NCBI GenBank assembly: GCA_024679065.1
Contig: JAGIQG010000004.1
Span: 89,838,001 to 89,902,000, forward strand
Direction: 5' to 3'
Source: Sphyrna mokarran
Lineage: Eukaryota
Length of the DNA: 64,000 bases
The notes under the pieces are model-generated. The model was not told the origin of the DNA. It saw only the letters and a list, made by a program, of their open reading frames with translations, and did no database searches. The translations under genes and the position numbers were made by a program. Position 1 is the first letter of the stretch. The number at the start of each line of letters is the position of its first letter. This document shows positions 13,080-26,360 of this stretch, piece after piece.

Positions 13080-13400
13080 ATCAAATCTTATGTGACAGCA
13101 TTTTCCAAACCCATTACCTCTACCAAGCAGAAGGACAAGGGCAGGAGTTACCTGGGAACACCATCATTGGGAGATTCCCCTCTAATTCACTTATCCTGAC
13201 TTGAAGCTATTTGCTGTTCCTTCTCTATTGCTGAGTCAAAACCTGGAACTCACTCCCTAACAGTACTGTAGGTTTACCTTCAACACATAAACATCAGCAA
13301 TTCAAGAATGCAGCTCTCCACTAGCTTCATGTGGGCAATTTGTAATGGGCAGTAAAACTGCTGGCCAAGCCAGCAACACCAACATCATGTGAAAGAATTT
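13080..13400 (+). mobile_element. Non-LTR 3' fragment, same family as 7880-8460
   Basis: gtcaaaacctggaactcactccctaacag...ttcaagaatgcagctc. Confidence 0.65.
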
Positions 13401-13441
13401 TTAAAAAATCTATTGATCTTTACTAAAAGCAGAGTTTTAGG

Positions 13442-13682
13442 TGAAGATATAGGCAGAGTGTGGTGAATGTTCCTTTAATAGCAACACAGCAGAGAGCAGA
13501 GTAAGAGCCACCTGGAATAGATGACCAATCAGGACTCTGAATGAGGAACCACTCCATGGGGTGGAGTACTCATAGGCAGGAGCTATTTCAGAACTGGCAG
13601 AAGGTATGTGGTTGCTCATATAGATCCTTGCAAATAAATCCTTTGTTGTGACGAATTAAGTCTCTAAAATTGCTTCATTACA
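13442..13682 (+). mobile_element. Possible short solo LTR
   Basis: TG...CA ends, CCAAT and AATAAA, no clear TSD. Confidence 0.3.
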
Positions 13683-14161
13683 ATGAGATTATATTGCACC
13701 TCACAATTGAAGAGACAACTAGTATTCAGCATTGCTTAATGCCTCCAATCAGTACACAATATGTGACCGTGAATATTTTCTGATCATTTGCCATTTTAGT
13801 TCTTCACTCCTGGTTTGATCTCTCTGTTCTCAGTTTCCTGAGAAGTTCAATGGAAGCTTGAAAACAGCGTGTCCACACGCTGTTGAATCCTTTTGAATCC
13901 ACACTTCATGGCCTTTTGGCTTCAACACTGATTTTGACAGCTTTCGATCACCACTCCCATTTTCTCAAATTGCAGCTGTTAACAGTGGTTGTGCTGTAAC
14001 TATTTACAACTCCTCTAAACTAGCTCTTATTTCTTTATTTTTTTGCCCTTTCCTTACACCATCATGCTCTTTATCATTTATAATTGATGTCTTCCGTCCT
14101 ATCACAGATCTTCTTCTTTATTGTTTCCTTTCCAGCCATCTCTTTCCTGACTCAGGAAAGT

Positions 14162-14866
14162 GGGCTCAATTTTACCATTTGTGTTGCGCCAGTTTCGGGC
14201 GCGAAAACTTGGTAAAGCAGCGTGAGGTGGACAGGGCGATCTGCAGCTGCTTCCCCCTTTACCAAGGCCCAAAAGCGGCTGCACCCGAAACGGGCATGAT
14301 GGCCATTTAAATGCATTTGTATGCAATTAAATTGATTTAATGGGCTGCATACTCAACTTTACCAGCACTTCCTCCTTTATCACCGTGTTTAACTATCCAG
14401 ATTGGTACGAAATAGATATGCTCCACAAAAATATGATTCAGACACTCACGCTAGTGAGCAGGTAAGCGTGAAGTATTCAGTAGCTCTCTGCTTGAGATTG
14501 GTGAGGGTTGGGAGGGAGGTGGGTCAAACGGCTCTCTACTTGAGGTCAGTGGTTGGGGGGGAAGGGAGGTTTGCTGCCACTCTGCCTGTGAGAGGGACAG
14601 TGGGGGAGGGATCTGCTGCCACTCTTAAGGCACATTCTATCATTTCTTTTCTGCACATGCGCATTTGGAAAGCCAATCAGAGCTGCAGGATTTCAGATGC
14701 ATTAAGCCCCGCCCTCAGGCTTGTGCAGTGGGATTCAGAATTGCTGATATTTTTTCAGGCAGAGTGTGTATGGGAACACCTGAGAATGGATCTAAATGTC
14801 AGAGCTGAAATACTCCCAGTTTCAAGTCCGCCCAACACTAAGAATTAAAATGATTCAACGGTGCCC
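14162..14866. mobile_element. Non-autonomous GC-rich DNA transposon (Harbinger-like)
   Basis: Starts gggctcaattttacc, GC-rich body, degenerate right end. Confidence 0.5.
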
Positions 14867-14914
14867 TGTTTTACATGCTGTTAAATTTCTGTTCTAACTG
14901 TTCTGATGAAAAAT

Positions 14915-15221
14915 TTATTTATTTATTCATTTATTAGTGTCAGAAGTCGGCTTACATTAACATTGCAATGAAGTTACTGTGAAAATCCCCTAGTTGCCAC
15001 ACTCTGGCATCTGTTTGGGTACACTGAGGGAAAGTTTAGCATAGCCAATGCACTTAAGCAGCGCATCTTTCGGACTATGGGAGGAAACCAGAACATCCGG
15101 AAAAAACCCATGCAGACATAGGGAGAATGTGCAGACTCTGCACAGACAGTGATCTAAGCCAGAAATTGAACACATGTCCCTGAAGCTGTGAGGCAGCAGT
15201 GTCAACCATAGTGCCACTGTG
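14915..15221 (-). mobile_element. tRNA SINE with alternative tail (type B)
   Basis: HE1-like head, tail ...cacagtaacttcattgcaatgttaatgtaagcc...aataaa. Confidence 0.85.
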
Positions 15222-16460
15222 AACATCGGCATGAAATATTAACACTGTCTACCCCCTCCCCCGCACAACCGTGCGGTGTTTTTCTTGCAGTGGGGAGATG
15301 GTGTGCCATTCGTTGGTAACGGAATCTTCTGATCCTGCCCACTGTCAATGGAATTTCTCACTAAACCCACGTTGCACCATCAAAAACCCACAATGAGGGT
15401 GAACCATCAATGGAACCAGAAGATCCTGCTGGTATGAACTGTTGGAAAATTTAGGCCATTGTTTCTTTCTTCAGATGCAACCAGACCTGGGGTGTTTCCA
15501 ACATTTTCTGTCTTTATTTCAGTCTGTCAGTATTTTATGGCCTTTGTCTTTATGATGAATGAAATGATTAGGAGTGAGGAATTGGACACCCACTTCTATC
15601 TATGAATCCACAAAAAACAGTGCCTCAAAACCGAGAAAGGAAAGAAAGATGTCATTAATTAAATCCAGTGTGAATGGTTTTTACATTATTCCATGAAATA
15701 GATTGCTTTATCGAGATTGAGGTTGCTGTGGTTAGTATGTTTTTGAAAAATCTGATTAAATATATGGTAATTTAAATATAAATTTTAATATTCTTCACTT
15801 TTTCAAGCCAAGGCTGCATGGTACACGTGCTACAATGACCAATGTGACCTACCAATCGAGACAAAGAACCCTGGCTAATCCTGGCTTAATTTGTATCCTT
15901 CACATTTTAAAGCCTGGATTGTAATGCAAGCTTTTAAAAGGTTGTGCTGGCATTGCAGAGTTTATTTCATGACAGGAGTATATATTAAAATTATGTCCAT
16001 AAGATGCTGTGATGTTCCAAGTTTTGCACTTTGTGAGTTTGTTGGATAAAATGTGGCTTTATCTCAGAAAAGTGAAAGCATAATTTAAATTATATAATTA
16101 CTTATCTATGCTGGGCTTTATTGATTTTTGGCACAATTCAACTCCAGAACAAAGAAGCAAATGATAAAGATTAGCCGCTGTTTGGAAAGAATGGAATAAT
16201 TCAGGTTATTTTGCTGTGCCTGAGTTTATGTTCCATCTCCTGTGGCTTCTTCAGCTTGGACAGAGAGAAAATGGATCACGTGTATAATGTTTTCAAAGAG
16301 AAGTAAAATCGTACAGCATTTTGTTCCTAATGCTGCTACCAAGGAAAATGTGTCCTTGAGATGACTGTTTAAAAAAGTGATTTAGAACAAGATGGATGAA
16401 AACAAATTTGCAGAATAACTCAATCACAAAATCTTTACAATATAGGCCACTTGATCCATC

Positions 16461-16697
16461 ATAGAACAAAGAACAAAGAACAAAGAACAACACAGCACCG
16501 GAAACAGGCCCTTCGGCCCAACGAGCCCGTGCCACCGTCCCAACGTCTTAATGACATATAGGGACCAATTTGTCACCCAATCAGCCTAAGAGCACATTTT
16601 TGGGATGTGGGAGGAAACCGGAGCACCCGGAGAAAACCCACGCAACCATGGGGAGAACGCGCAAACTCCCGCAGACACAGGCCCAAATTCCAGAGAA
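16461..16697 (-). mobile_element. SINE-like element type C with (TTCTTTG)n tail
   Basis: Homologous to 41093-41365, flanked by a catcat direct repeat. Confidence 0.75.
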
Positions 16698-18151
16698 CAT
16701 CATGTCTGCACTGGTTCCCTGAACAAATATTCTATCAACTCCCACTCTTCTGCCTTATCCCCGTAACCTTACACATTCTTCTTGGATAGCAATCCAATTC
16801 CCTTTTGAATATCTGGATTCAACTTGCTTTCACCACATGCTCAGGAAGTTCATTCCAGACTCCCACCACCCTCTGGCTGAAAATTATTTTCATGCATTAC
16901 TTCTGCTCCTTTTGCCCATTATTTTGAATCTGTGTCCTCTAGTTCTTGGTATACCCTTGAGAGGGAACTGTTTTTCACTATTTACCCTGTCCACATCTTT
17001 CAGAATCTTGAATACCTCTCTCCTATCTCCTCTCAGCCTTCTTTTCTCCAAGGAAAATAGACTCAACCTCTCCAGTCTACCCTCATAGCTGCAGCTCTTT
17101 TCCCTGGAATTTTTGAATCTTGTCTGCACTCTCTTCAATGCCTTCAGATCCTTCCTCAAGTGTGGCAGCCAGAACAGAATGCAGTACTCCAGATGAGGTC
17201 CAAATATTGTCTTGTACAAGTTAAACATGACTTCCTTATTTTTGAAGTCAATGCCACTATTAATAAAACTTAGGATACCATATGCTTCGTTAACTGTTCG
17301 CTCAACATGTCCTGCCATATTCAATGACCTATGCAGATATACATCAATATCTCCATGTTCTTCTTTTTATGTTTCTCTCTCTTTGTTTTGGACTCTCTCT
17401 CCACGTTCTTCCTGCCAAAATCAATTACCTCACACTTCTGTACATTGAACTTCATCTGTCCACTCCACCAATATGTCTATTTGAAATTGGAGACTATCCT
17501 TATAACAGTTGATAATATTTCCAATCTTTGCATCATGTTTTGAAATCATAGTGCTATGATTTCATTATAGGTCATTAATATACATTAGGAAGAGCAAGAG
17601 CCTCAACACTGACCCCTAGGGAACTCCACCACAAACCTTCCTCCAATCCAATTATTTATCTCTGGTTTTTGTCACTCAGCCAATTTCTTACCGAAGTGCC
17701 TACTTTAGCTTTTATTCCATAAACAGAGTTTTGCTTATATGGCTGCATCAAATGCCTTTTGAAAATCAATGCACACCATATTAAAAGTTGCTCCTATCAA
17801 CCTTCTCTGTCATTTCCTCAGAACCTCTAGGATGCTGATAAAACATGATTTTTCTTTAATTAATCCATGGTGGCTTTCGTTAATTAATACTGTAAGAGAT
17901 TTGTTACTGTGCCTACTCGAGGCCAACGCCAGCATCTTTACATCTTAATTAACCTGCACATGTCTAAGTGATTAGTTTGGGACAAAAATCATTGTTTCTA
18001 GAATTTTCTCTTCCACTGAAGTCAAATGAACAGGTCTGTAGTTTCCAGTTTTATCTTTGCACTCCTTTTTGAACAAGGGTATGACATTTGCAATTCTCCA
18101 GTCCTCTGGCACCACCCCAATGTCAAAGGAAGACTGGATGATTATCACCAG

Positions 18152-18641
18152 CAAAAACAGAAAATGCTGGAAAATCTCAGCAGAACTGACAATCTGTGGA
18201 GAGAAAATAGAGCCAAAGTTTTGGGTCTGGATGGCCCTTTCATCAGAGTTAAGAGCAAAGAAAAGCAGATGAGATTTATACTATGAGGGTGGGAGAGATA
18301 CTGTAATTGGGCAAAGAAAATGTAAATGATGATGAAGACTGAGAAAGGTGCTAACCATAGCCATGAAGTGATCAGAATGGCAGAGCAGAGGTACAGAATG
18401 TATGAATGGCAGGACAGAGCGCAGATTGTTAAGGGACTGCCATGAATGAATGAGAAGATTTTTATCATCCTTCAGTCTCACTTCCATTTTTTTCACTTCT
18501 CCATTTTTGCTCTCCAATTTGTCACACCATCCCCCCCACCCCCCACCTTTCAGTGCACCTGCCACATGCCTCAGGCAGTTCCCAGCATTTTCTGTTTTTG
18601 TTTCAGATTCCAGTATTCACAGTAATTTGCTTTTATCTTAA
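18152..18641. mobile_element. PLE-derived element with inverted ends and 12-bp TSD
   Basis: gattatcaccag (18140-18151) and gattattaccag (18642-18653), decayed hammerhead core on the minus strand at ~18215-18247. Confidence 0.75.
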
Positions 18642-20242
18642 GATTATTACCAGTGTCTCTGCAATTTGACTCTCACTTCCCTCAGTATCCTCAGATGTAT
18701 CTCATCTAGTTCTAACGCCTTATTAATTATAAGTAAAGGTAGCTTGTTAACACCTCTTCCTTCTCAATTGTAAGTTCCTTGAGACTGACCTCCCTTCTTA
18801 CCTCAGCCTGGATAGCACCTCCATGAGAGTTTCTCCCTTTAATTTGGACTCTGTCTCCAAATTCTTCCTGCCACAATGACACCCTTCTGTACATTGAACT
18901 TCATCTACCACTTGGGCGTTCCCCCCTCTGCTGCACTCCTTCCTTTCTGGTCAGGGCTCCCTGGCTGCCATTCATTGCAATAGATGTTGAACAAATGATG
19001 GGGAACCATTCAAATAGAGCTCCCCAAAAATTTGTATGATTAAGTTTAAAAGTGGTGGGTGAATTAGAGGGAGGTCACAGTGAGTAGGGCATGATTCTGG
19101 TGGCCAGAAAAATATTTTGTCAATGAAGCTCAAAGTTCGGTCAGAAATTACACCAGTGCCGATGATTCACTCCAATTTGCTCTGGATTGTTACTTGTGTA
19201 TTTCTACAGCCAACCTAAACTTTCTATACAATGGTCATTGTCTTCTAGATGCTCTCCCATTGATAGTGATCCACTTTGTTCATCTCATTCTCCACACCCT
19301 TGTCCAGCAGTACCTGCTTCTCATTGGAACAGAAATATACTGCTACAGAGAATTATCTTGTAGACAATCCTATAACTCTTGCCCTTCTTATACCTTTGTA
19401 TGATTTCTATTCCAGCCATTACAATGAATATGTGAAATCCCCCATTATGCTAACGCAATTCTTGCAATTCTCTGTAATTTCTTTACAATGTTATTTCTCC
19501 ACAGTCCTTCCGCTAGTTGGTGGTATGTACACGACGCTGATCACTGTCATTGTACCTTTCCATTCCTTGCCACTATCCAGACATATTCTGTCCTTTACTC
19601 TCCTGGACACCTCTCCAACAGTGCAATACCATCTTTAACCAATACTGCTACTCCCTCACTCTTTTATTTCCCCATTTCTGTCTCCCTTAGACACTTTGTA
19701 ATGAGATATTTAAAGATTAGCATGGCCTTTCTTTAAGTAATATCTCTGTTATTGCAATAATATCAAGATTCCATTTGTCACCTGTGCTTGTAGTTCAGCA
19801 GTTTAAATAACAATATAACAGTGTATTTACATATGTGCACATTAATCCTGATTTAGGCTTTTTTAACTTTCTTCTTACTCTGACCCCACTTCATGACTTA
19901 CAATTGCCTCATCAAGTTGTACCAATTTCTCTCTGTATTCTATTTACTTTGATACTATTCTCTAATATATCCTCTGTATGAGTGAATACTTCTCAACTTC
20001 TCACTGTCAGTCTTTTCCTCTGCTCTTAAAATTTTCCCTTAGGTTTCCCATCTTCCTGCCAACCTCATTTTAACCCTCTCCAACACCAAAGCAAGCATCC
20101 AGGCAATGACATTAGGCATAGTCTCATTAATACATAAACTGTCCCGCTTGTACAAGTTCCAGCTGCCCCAGAAGTTTTGATACCTTAGAAGTATAAGCTC
20201 TCCCTCCTATTCCATTTCTCCAGCCATTAATTGAGCTGCTAT

Positions 20243-20578
20243 ATAGAAATCATAGAAATCCTACAGTATAAAAAGAGGCCATTTGGCCCATTGTGTATGC
20301 ACCGACCAGAATCCCACCCAGGCCCCACCTCCATATCCCTGCATATTTATCCAGTAATCCCTCTAACCTATGCATCCCAGGACACTAAGGACAATTTTTA
20401 ACATGGCAATCAACCTAACCTGCACATCTTTGGACAGTGGGAGGAAATGGGAGCACCTGGCCAAAACCCACACAGCCACAAGGAGAATGTACAAACTCCA
20501 CACACACAGAGCCCAAGCTGGGAATCGAACCCAGGTTCCTGGAGCTGTGAAGCAGCAGTGCTAACCACTGTGCTACTG
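20243..20578 (-). mobile_element. HE1-like SINE, full length
   Basis: A/B-box head and CR1-type tail. Confidence 0.9.
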
Positions 20579-20719
20579 TACTTTTCTTCTTATTCATCTT
20601 ATTCATGTTTAATCATCTTATTCTCATTCTCACTATGACATCGGGAGTAATATTGGTATCACTGGTCTAAAGGTCATGCTTGTTGACTCCTTTCCTAATT
20701 CCCTAAAACCTGCTTTCCG

Positions 20720-21690
20720 GATCTTATCACTAATGATTTGGATGAGAATATAGGGAGCATTGTTAGTAAGTTTGTAGATGATACCAAGATTGGTGGCATA
20801 GTGAACAGTGAAGAAGGTTATCTCGAATTGCAATGGGATATTGATTAATTTGGGTTAGTGAGCGACAAATGGCAGATGAAGTTTAATTTAGATAGATACA
20901 AGGTAATGTATTTTGGTAGATTGAGTTGAGGCTATCCTGATTCAGTTAATGCTAGGGCACTGGGGAGAGTTCCAGAACAAAGAGACCTTTGGGTACAAGT
21001 TCATAGCTCCTTGGAAGTGGGTAACAGGTGGAGAGAATGTTGAAGAAGGCAATCAGATAATTGGTTTCATTGGTCAGAACATTGAATACAGAAATTGGGA
21101 CATCTTGTTGAAATTGTACAAGACATTGGTAAGGCTACACTTGGAATACTGTGTACAGTTTTGGTCATCTTATTGTAGAAACAATATTATTAAATTAGAA
21201 AAAGTGCAGAAGAGATTTACTTGGATGCTACTGGGATTTGATTTTTTGAGTTAGACGAGGCTTGATAGACTAGGACCTTTTTCTCTGGAGCATAGAAGGT
21301 GAAGGGTGATCTTAGTGAGGTCCATAAAATAATGAGGGGCACAGATCAGCTAGATAGTCAATATCTTTTCTCAAATGTAGGGGCGTTTAAAACTAGAGGG
21401 CATAGGTTTAAGGTGAAAGGGGAGAGATATAAAAGTGTTCAGAGGGGCAGTTATTTCATACAGAGGGTGTTGAGTGTCTCTAACAAGTTGCCAGAGGTGG
21501 TAGTAGAAGTGGGCACAATTTTGTTTTTTAAAGAGCTTTTAGACAGTTACATGGGTAAGATGAGTATAGAGGGATATGGGCCAAATGCAGGCAATTGGGG
21601 CTAACTTAGGGGTTTAAAAATAAGTGACATGGATAAGTTGGGCCCAAGGGTCTCTCACCATGTTGTAAACCTCAATAACTCTATGACTTT
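20720..21690 (+). mobile_element. 5'-truncated CR1 LINE
   Basis: ORFs 20949-21254 and 21299-21604. Confidence 0.9.
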
Positions 21691-21828
21691 AAGACAAGCC
21701 TGTGATTGATGAATTGAAGTTCAAATCAACAAAGCATACTGCAAAAATATATTAAGAAACAATACTTTGTGGAAGTCAGTTTTGAGAGTGATGTGGCTTG
21801 ATAGTTTCTCATTGCATGTGACAGTCAT

Positions 21829-21952
21829 GGGCTGGAATTTTCTGACCATTCACACCAGCAGAATTTTCCCACATCGAGATTTGATTTGTCGTCAAATTCT
21901 TCATTTTTACTGCAGTGGGAGCATGGTATGAACAGGCAGTAAGATTATGCCC
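21829..21952. mobile_element. MITE
   Basis: Ends gggctggaattttctg and cagtaagattatgccc, similar elements at 15250-15457, 29861-30002 and 46042-46216. Confidence 0.55.
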
Positions 21953-22459
21953 ATGATATCAGACCAGCAAATAGTGTTCCCATTTGAAAAATAGAATTTA
22001 AACGAGAGACTATGGATGAGGAGCATATTTTAAAGGTGTTCTTGCTTCATCAGTTGTTTGTTACAGGGATAGGACCTGGTTGGGATTGTTGGCCGCGCAG
22101 GCTTGTGATCCATAGTAATTTAGATAGCTTTTCTTCTGCACTGTTTCCTCATAAAATCATCAATAATGTCATCACCAGGAAAGTTTTGTAAAGATGCATT
22201 TTGAATTGTCAATACTGTTGAACTTGTCAGATACTCCTGACCTATCATTCTTCACAGATAATTTTGAACTCTTTTCAATAGGAGAGAAAGAATGTTCATT
22301 GGAAGCATTTTTGACAGGTATTGTTAAGAATGTTTTCAGAATTGTTTCCACTTTTGGAAAGGTTGCCTGCAAATCATCAAGTGCAAATCTATATAAATTA
22401 GTTGCTGATTTCACAGTCCAGAGCTCATCATTATCAATGAAATGAATGATTGTTTCACT

Positions 22460-22783
22460 TAGAATCATAGAATCTCTATAGTGCAGGAAAAGGCGATTTG
22501 GCCCATCGAGTCTGCTATGACCACAATCCCACATAGACCCTATTCCCATAACCCCACATATTTACCCTGCTAATCCTCCTGATACTAGGGTCAATTTAGC
22601 CTGGCCAATCAACCTAACCTGCACATCTTTTGACTGTGGCAGGAAAACCAGAGCACTCAGAGGAAACCTAAGCAGACACAGGGAGAATGTGCAAACTCCA
22701 CACAGTCACTCGAGGCCGGAATTGAACCTTCGTCCCTGGTACTGCGCCATGAGACAGCAGTGCTAACCACCCTACTACCATGC
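22460..22783 (-). mobile_element. HE1-like SINE
   Basis: Full head, body and tail. Confidence 0.9.
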
Positions 22784-23067
22784 CACTCTTTATCTTCAAA
22801 AGGATTCAAGACAGAATTTACTTAGTAATAAGTGGACGTATTAGTGAGAGGCAACATGGTTTTGTGAAGGGGAGATCGTGTCTCATGAACTTGATAGAGT
22901 TTTTCAAAGGAGTGATGAAGATGATTGATGAGGGTAGGGCAGTGAATGTTATCTACGTGGACTTCAGTAAGGCAAGATACCTCATGGTAGACTGGTCCAG
23001 AAGGTGAAGTCATACGGGATCAGAGGTGAGCTGGCAAGGTGAATACAAAACTGGCTCGGTCACAGGA

Positions 23068-23523
23068 ATGATGCAGAGATGCCGGCATCAGACTGGGGTA
23101 AACACTGTAAGAAGTCTCACAATACCAGGTTAGAGTCCAACCAGTTTACTTGATAGTAATCCCACAAGCTTTTGAAAATGGTGTTCCTTCATCAGGTGTG
23201 TGGAAAGTTCTGATCAGAAAAGGCCACAGTATGGCCCCCATGATTTGCCTGGGTTTGTAAAATCTCACTGTCCTGTCTAGAGACAATACACATCTCTTTA
23301 ACCTATGCTAATGCTAGTTCCACTCACATTGTCTGCATCTCTAATATTTGAATATCAGGTTAGCTGTAAAGACTTGTATTCTAATACATTCTAATAAGTA
23401 TTCTGTAAACTGTGTGTGACTTTATATGCCCTTCTCTGATCAGAACTTTCCACACAACTTCGAAGGAACACTGTTTACAAAAGCTCGTGGATTATTATCA
23501 AATAAACTGGTTGGACTCTAACG
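23068..23523. mobile_element. PLE-derived element with ~90-bp inverted repeats
   Basis: 23130-23220 is the reverse complement of 23432-23523, with flanks tcggtcacagga and tcagtcatagaa. Confidence 0.75.
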
Positions 23524-23604
23524 TCAGTCATAGAAGACAGAGGGTAACAGTGGAAAGATGTGTTTCTGAGTGGAGGGCTGTGACAATTGGAATTCCTCAG
23601 GGAT

Positions 23605-24468
23605 CATAGAATCATAGAAATCATAGAAACCCTACAGTGCAAAAAGAGGCCATTTGGCCCATCGAGTCTGCACCAACCAAAATCCCACCTAGACCCTACC
23701 CCCATATCTCTAGATATTTACACACTAATCCCTCTAACCTACACATCTCAGGACACTAAGGGTAATTTTAGCATGTCCAATCAACCTAACCTAATCTTTG
23801 GACTATGGGAGGAAATGGAGCTCCCAGAGGAAACCCACACAGATACAATGAGAACATGCAAACTTCATACAGATAGTAACCCAATTGTGTGCAGTTCTAG
23901 TCACTTCACTATAAGAAGGATGTGGAAGCATTGGAAAAAATCCAGAAGAAATTTATCAGGATGTTGCTTGGTTTGGAAGGTAGATCTTATGAGGAAAGGT
24001 TGAGGGAGCTGGGGTGTTCCTCTTTAGAGCAGAGGAGGATCAGAGGCAAATAGAGGTTTATATGATGGTGAGGGAATAGATAAAGTGGATCTGCAGAGAC
24101 TAGTTCCTCGGGAGGGTGCAGTTGTTGCTAGGGGGCATAACTAATAAGGTTCATGATGGGTTATATAGGAGGGATGTCTGAGGTAGATTCTTCACTCAGA
24201 GAGTGGTTGGGGTGTGGAATGCACTGCCTACTGTGATAGTGGAGTTGGAAACTTTAGGAACTTTCAAGCAGTTATTGGATAGGCACATGGAGCACACCAG
24301 AATTCTAGGGAATGGGATAGCTTGATCTTGGATTTGGACATAGCTCGGCACAACATTGAGGGCTGAAGGGCCTGTACTGTGCTGTTCTATGTTCCATGTT
24401 TTAAGCCGGGAATCGAACCCATGTGGCTGGAGCTGTGAAGCAGCAGTGCTAAATACTGTACTACTGTG
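23605..24468 (-). mobile_element. HE1-like SINE split by a plus-strand CR1 3' fragment (~23885-24402)
   Basis: SINE halves join at aaccc|aagccggg, and the insert ends ttctatgttccatg. Confidence 0.8.
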
Positions 24469-25476
24469 CGGGCTTGAATTAGTGCTGGGACCTTTGCTGT
24501 TTGTAATATATATAAACAATTTGAAGGAAAATATAACTGGTTTGATTAGTAAGTTTGTGGATGATACAAAGATTGGTGGATTTGTGGATAATGATGAAGA
24601 CCATCAGAGAATATAGCTGAATGTAGATTGGTTGGAGATTTGGGCGGAGAAATGGCTGATAGAGTTTAATCTGGACAGATGTGAAGTAATGCAGTTTGAA
24701 AGGTATAGTATATAGTAAATGGCAAATCAAAGAGTATTGATAGGCAGAGGGATCTGGGTGTATAGATACACAGATCGCTGAAAGTGGAATGCAGGTGGAG
24801 AAAGTAGTCAAAAAGGCATACAGCATGCTTGCCTTCATTGGTCGGGGCATTGAGTTTAAAAATTAGCAAGTCATTTTGCAGCTTTGTAGAACCTTAGTTA
24901 GGCTGCACTTGGAATATAGTGTTCAATTCTGGTCGCCACACTACCAGAAGGATGTGGAAGCTTTGGAGAAGATACAGAAAAGATTTACCAGGATGTTGCC
25001 TGGTATGGAGAGTATTAGCTACGAGGAGAGGTTGGAGAAACTTGGTTTGTTCTCACTGGAGCGATGAAGGTTGAGGGCAACCTGGTAGTAATCTCCAAGA
25101 TTATGAGGGCATGGACAGACGTCAGAAGCATTTTCCTAAGGTGGAAGAGTCAGTTGTTATGGAGCATAGGCTTAAGGTGTGAGGGGCAAGGTTTAAAGGA
25201 GATGTGTGAGGCAGGTTTTTTTTTACACAGAGGGTAGTGGGTGGCCCGGGGAGGTAGTAGAATCAAGTACTATAGTGATTTTTAAGGGGCTTCTTGACAA
25301 ACACATGAATAGAATAGGAATAGAGGGATACAATCCCCAGGAGGGTAAGGGGTTTTAGTTCAGTCAGGCAGCATGTTTCTGCTGGCTTGGAGGACTGAAG
25401 GGCCTGTTTCTGAGCTGTAATTTTCTTTGTTCTGTGTCTATAACCTCCCGGTAGAATCTAGTTGTATTCTTACTAG

Positions 25477-25790
25477 AATAGAATCCTTATGGTGCAGTGA
25501 AAGGCCACGTGGCCCATCAAGCTTGCACTGACAACAATCCTACCCACGGCTTATCTCGTTAACCTCGCATATTTACCCTGCTATTCCCACTGACATAAAG
25601 GGGCAAGTTAACTTGGTCAATCAACTTAACCTGCACATCTTTGAACTATCGGAGGAAACTAGAGCACTGGGAGGAAATCCACACAGACACAGGGAGAATG
25701 TGCAAACGCCTCACAGATCCAAATCCAGAATTGAACCCAGGGCCCTCGCGCTTTGAGGGAACCAACAATTGTGCCGTCCTTACTACAGTG
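25477..25790 (-). mobile_element. HE1-like SINE
   Basis: Family motifs as above. Confidence 0.85.
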
Positions 25791-26360
25791 ACTCTTAGCA
25801 TTTTCAGCCAAATATTTGTCAAAAAGCATGCAAAATAAATCAAGTTTTTTCTCGGAGATTTGCTTCACCATTGTTATGTCACAAATGCCACTGACAGTCT
25901 CAACAATAATCTTATCTTTTCCTTTTAAAGTGATTAAATGGTCTCTAGTTTCATCAAAAAATAACTTTTCTGCATTTTGTGGTTTCTCATCGTCAGAGGG
26001 ACCTACATTTATTGTTAATATTAGTACAAACTTCCAGGACAAAACTTTTAACTGTGGCTAATAACTATGAAGCATTCAATGATATTGTAACAACAATGAC
26101 TTGCTGGGGGTATTGATTCTTAGAAGTATTACTGTCCGCAAAACAATAAAAAATGCAATATTGTACCTTTCAAACCTCACTGCTGAGGATTCTGCTCCAG
26201 CTTTCACAAGTGCTTTCTCTGAAATTAACATGGTTATGTCTGATAAGCATTCTTCTAGATCAAGAATGTTCAGTTTTAAAGCCAGAACAGTATCTCCATG
26301 AATGGACTACCTGATGTCAGACATTTTTTTAGTCCAATGTTTTCATTAGACTAAAATTAG

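Larger units (their letters stand above)
16440..20720 (-). mobile_element. Old near-full-length CR1 (esterase ORF1 end, APE, RT), multiply interrupted
   Basis: ORFs 16890-17324 and 17972-18154 (VVPEDWRIANVIPLFKK), APE remnant (IMGDF) near 19440. Confidence 0.75.
22785..25435 (+). mobile_element. CR1 LINE interrupted by a PLE and a SINE
   Basis: QHGFVKGRSCL, IPQGS|VLGPLLF, SKFVDDTK, LEYSVQFWSP. Confidence 0.88.
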
